From the NCBI RefSeq assembly GCF_018977255.1, contig NW_024704757.1:10850001-10914000 (forward strand): DNA of 64,000 nt, given 5' to 3'. Source of the DNA: Callorhinchus milii. Its lineage: Eukaryota. Within the stretch, counting starts at the first letter, position 1. Every line of letters begins with the position of its first letter. A program made the translations under genes and the position numbers. Under the pieces are notes generated by a model. It did no database searches, had not been told where the DNA came from, and was given only the letters and a program-made list of their open reading frames with translations. Shown here piece by piece: positions 61,496 to 64,000 of this stretch.

Positions 61496-63063
61496 TAGGT
61501 TCCTTTGCCCCTGGGGGTGAGTGTTGGATGCGTAAGGCCAAGTGTCTTGCCTTGTCTCACTTGGTGACTGTGGGCTTCAGTTGTTTGAATGTTCCTCTTC
61601 ATATGGTTTAGGAGAAACTTTTAAACAGCCTCTGCTGATTCTGTTCCTCTTTCACTTCCTCAAGCTGTACAGTGCTGTGGTGGGATTCCACCTGTAGAAC
61701 ATATGGGCTATACAAACCTTAGAGACAGTACAGTGGGGAGCTACGAGGATGAACCCCTTGGATACAGGGGTGAGCTAGGAGGAACAATTAGATAAGCTAG
61801 GCCTCTCAACCTTGAAAAGAGTCCTCTCAGAGGGAACCTTGTAGAGATATATAAGATGCTAAATGAGACTGAGAAAGTATCAGTCATCTGACAGACAACA
61901 GGCATGAGACAGGAAGTAAGTGTAGATTTTAAGCGTCCCTCATTCGAATAGGAAATACAGCACAGGAGATAGCCATGCAATCAACACTACCAATGGAGAT
62001 CTCTGTAATCTTAATTCCCTTTACCTCAAGCCGTTTTATTTTATTCTTCAAATGCATAACCAGTTTAGTGTTTGGCTGCATCACACCAAATAGAAAGGAC
62101 AAGGAAAAGCAACTCAGCACATTGCTGGAACTAGGATTAGAACCACATCAACCATTCAACCGAAGAGGTTGTCATGCCATTGTCACAAAACTATTCAGCA
62201 AGCAGAATGCATTTGAATGGTGTGTGCTTTGTTACTGCGCTTCTAAACAACAGGACTCCGAGCTGTCCCGTTCTGTTAACGTTAGCATTAGTGACTGGGT
62301 CTGGACAGCTGAAGTTTGCCATTTCACTTGTGATAACCATGCAATACGTGAGTTTGAGAAGAATAGTCTGTGCATGTTATGAATGAGCTTAGTTTTAGTG
62401 CTACTGTATACGAGTTGTGGGTCTGAATTGTGAGCTGAAGCTGGTATGCGAATCAGTGCTGTGGAGTATGCAGAGCTGCGCCAATCCAGTCATATTTTGA
62501 GTGTTTCTCTTAGCTGATTACTCAGAATGATGATTACAGTGAATTGTCTCCTTTTTTTTGGTCAGCCAGGTGTCTGACACGTACGGAAACCCATCACACA
62601 TGCTTAAGAGCATCCGAACTAAACTGAGAATTCCATGATTCCACCTACACATGGGAATTCCTGTGTATTGAAATGGAACGTGCACCCTCACTGAAGGACA
62701 CATCCTGCTTATTTAATTTAGAGAGTATTATGTGCAGATTGGAAGATCCAAGGTTTGGGGACCCCAGAGTGTGCGTTGGGGTATTGCTAAGCCTAACAAG
62801 CTATTGTATTATATACCAAGTTCACCCCCACACCTTTTCAATGCCCGTGATAATGGAACAGAAAAGATACTGTTCCTAGCAGCTCAATCTACAGAGGATA
62901 CTGATCTGTTGAACCACGTCAGAGGCTGTTGAGTTGAAAATATAAATATAAAATATAAACAAAATTCAAAACTGCTGAACTTGCTGTTTGGGTTGTGGAT
63001 GGATTCCCAAGGGCAGCAATGGCCACACTATTGTCTATACATTGATGTGAATGTTGTGCATAA

Positions 63064-63348
<285 letters not shown>

Positions 63349-63599
63349 TAAAGCATGCTACTCCGAGCTATACACAGTAATCAAAATCTGACTTTCTCAA
63401 TGAATCATAGAATCTGATCACAGACTGAGAGAACTTAGACCAGGGCTGCTCCAGTGGTGTGGGTGAGATGAAATCCAGACTGAGTCTCAAATAGCGAGGT
63501 AGGAGTGTAACTAGGAGGAGACAACGAGTGCCAGTAGTTTGGAGAGAAAGGGCAGGTTAGAGATGGAGAGGGGGAGAAATATTGGAACAGGTGCAGGTA

Positions 63600-64000
63600 A
63601 TTCAGCTCTTTGAGCCTCCATCTGTCAATACCATTTGCATCGTTTTTCTCTATACCCTGTGATACCCTTGCTAGCCCAGTATTTTCCAATACCCTTTTAA
63701 AAATTCCCACCAACTGTGCAGTAATTGTTTTGAGTAAGTGCATTTCACAATCCCATAGCTCAAAGTTAAGAAATGTCTTCTGATTTCACTGCTATCAGGT
63801 TTAGGTCTAATTTCTAGATTATGCCCTCTTGTTTTGGATGTACAACCATATACAAGTTTCTCTGTATTCCCTCTATCAATTCCCTTTACTATTGTAAATG
63901 ACTCTGTCAGATCATCCCTCAACCTTCTCTGTTCCCAGAAGCATAGCCTCAATTTTCTCATACTGTGCTTCTAAGTAAGCCTAGTACCTAAAACTGGTAT
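63600..64000 (-). mobile_element. CR1 LINE 3' fragment
   Basis: EQRRLRDDLTESFTIVKGIDR...KTRGHNLEI...IRRHFLT. Confidence 0.8.

Overview
Vertebrate genomic DNA, most likely from a cartilaginous fish. This is inferred from the repeat content (Deu-domain tRNA-SINEs, L2, CR1 and Penelope-like fragments) and the compact introns. The window is orthologous to part of human 16p13.3 and holds five intron-containing genes, which I reconstructed by hand from GT/AG junctions and reading frames. CORO7 (minus strand) has coding exons 1-9 here and continues off the left edge. VASN (plus strand) has its single coding exon inside CORO7 intron 9. DNAJA3/Tid1 (plus strand) is complete, with both the long and short C-terminal exons. 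HMOX2 (minus strand) is complete at 304 aa. SEC14L5 (plus strand) has its first six coding exons here and continues off the right edge. There is a 456-N gap just upstream of CORO7. I found no new protein-coding system. The most notable non-coding signals are: a minimal Penelope-type hammerhead ribozyme with an intact core in SEC14L5 intron 1, plus a core-mutated copy; two independent pre-miRNA-sized hairpins in the same intron (one duplicated, one apparently made by template switching); a SINE beside the DNAJA3 CpG island with strongly AT-to-GC-biased substitutions; a tandemly amplified NRF1/Sp1-like module at the DNAJA3 promoter; and a gene order that differs from human (HMOX2 inverted, no NMRAL1 seen). 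Family and orthology assignments come from recalled sequences, not database searches.
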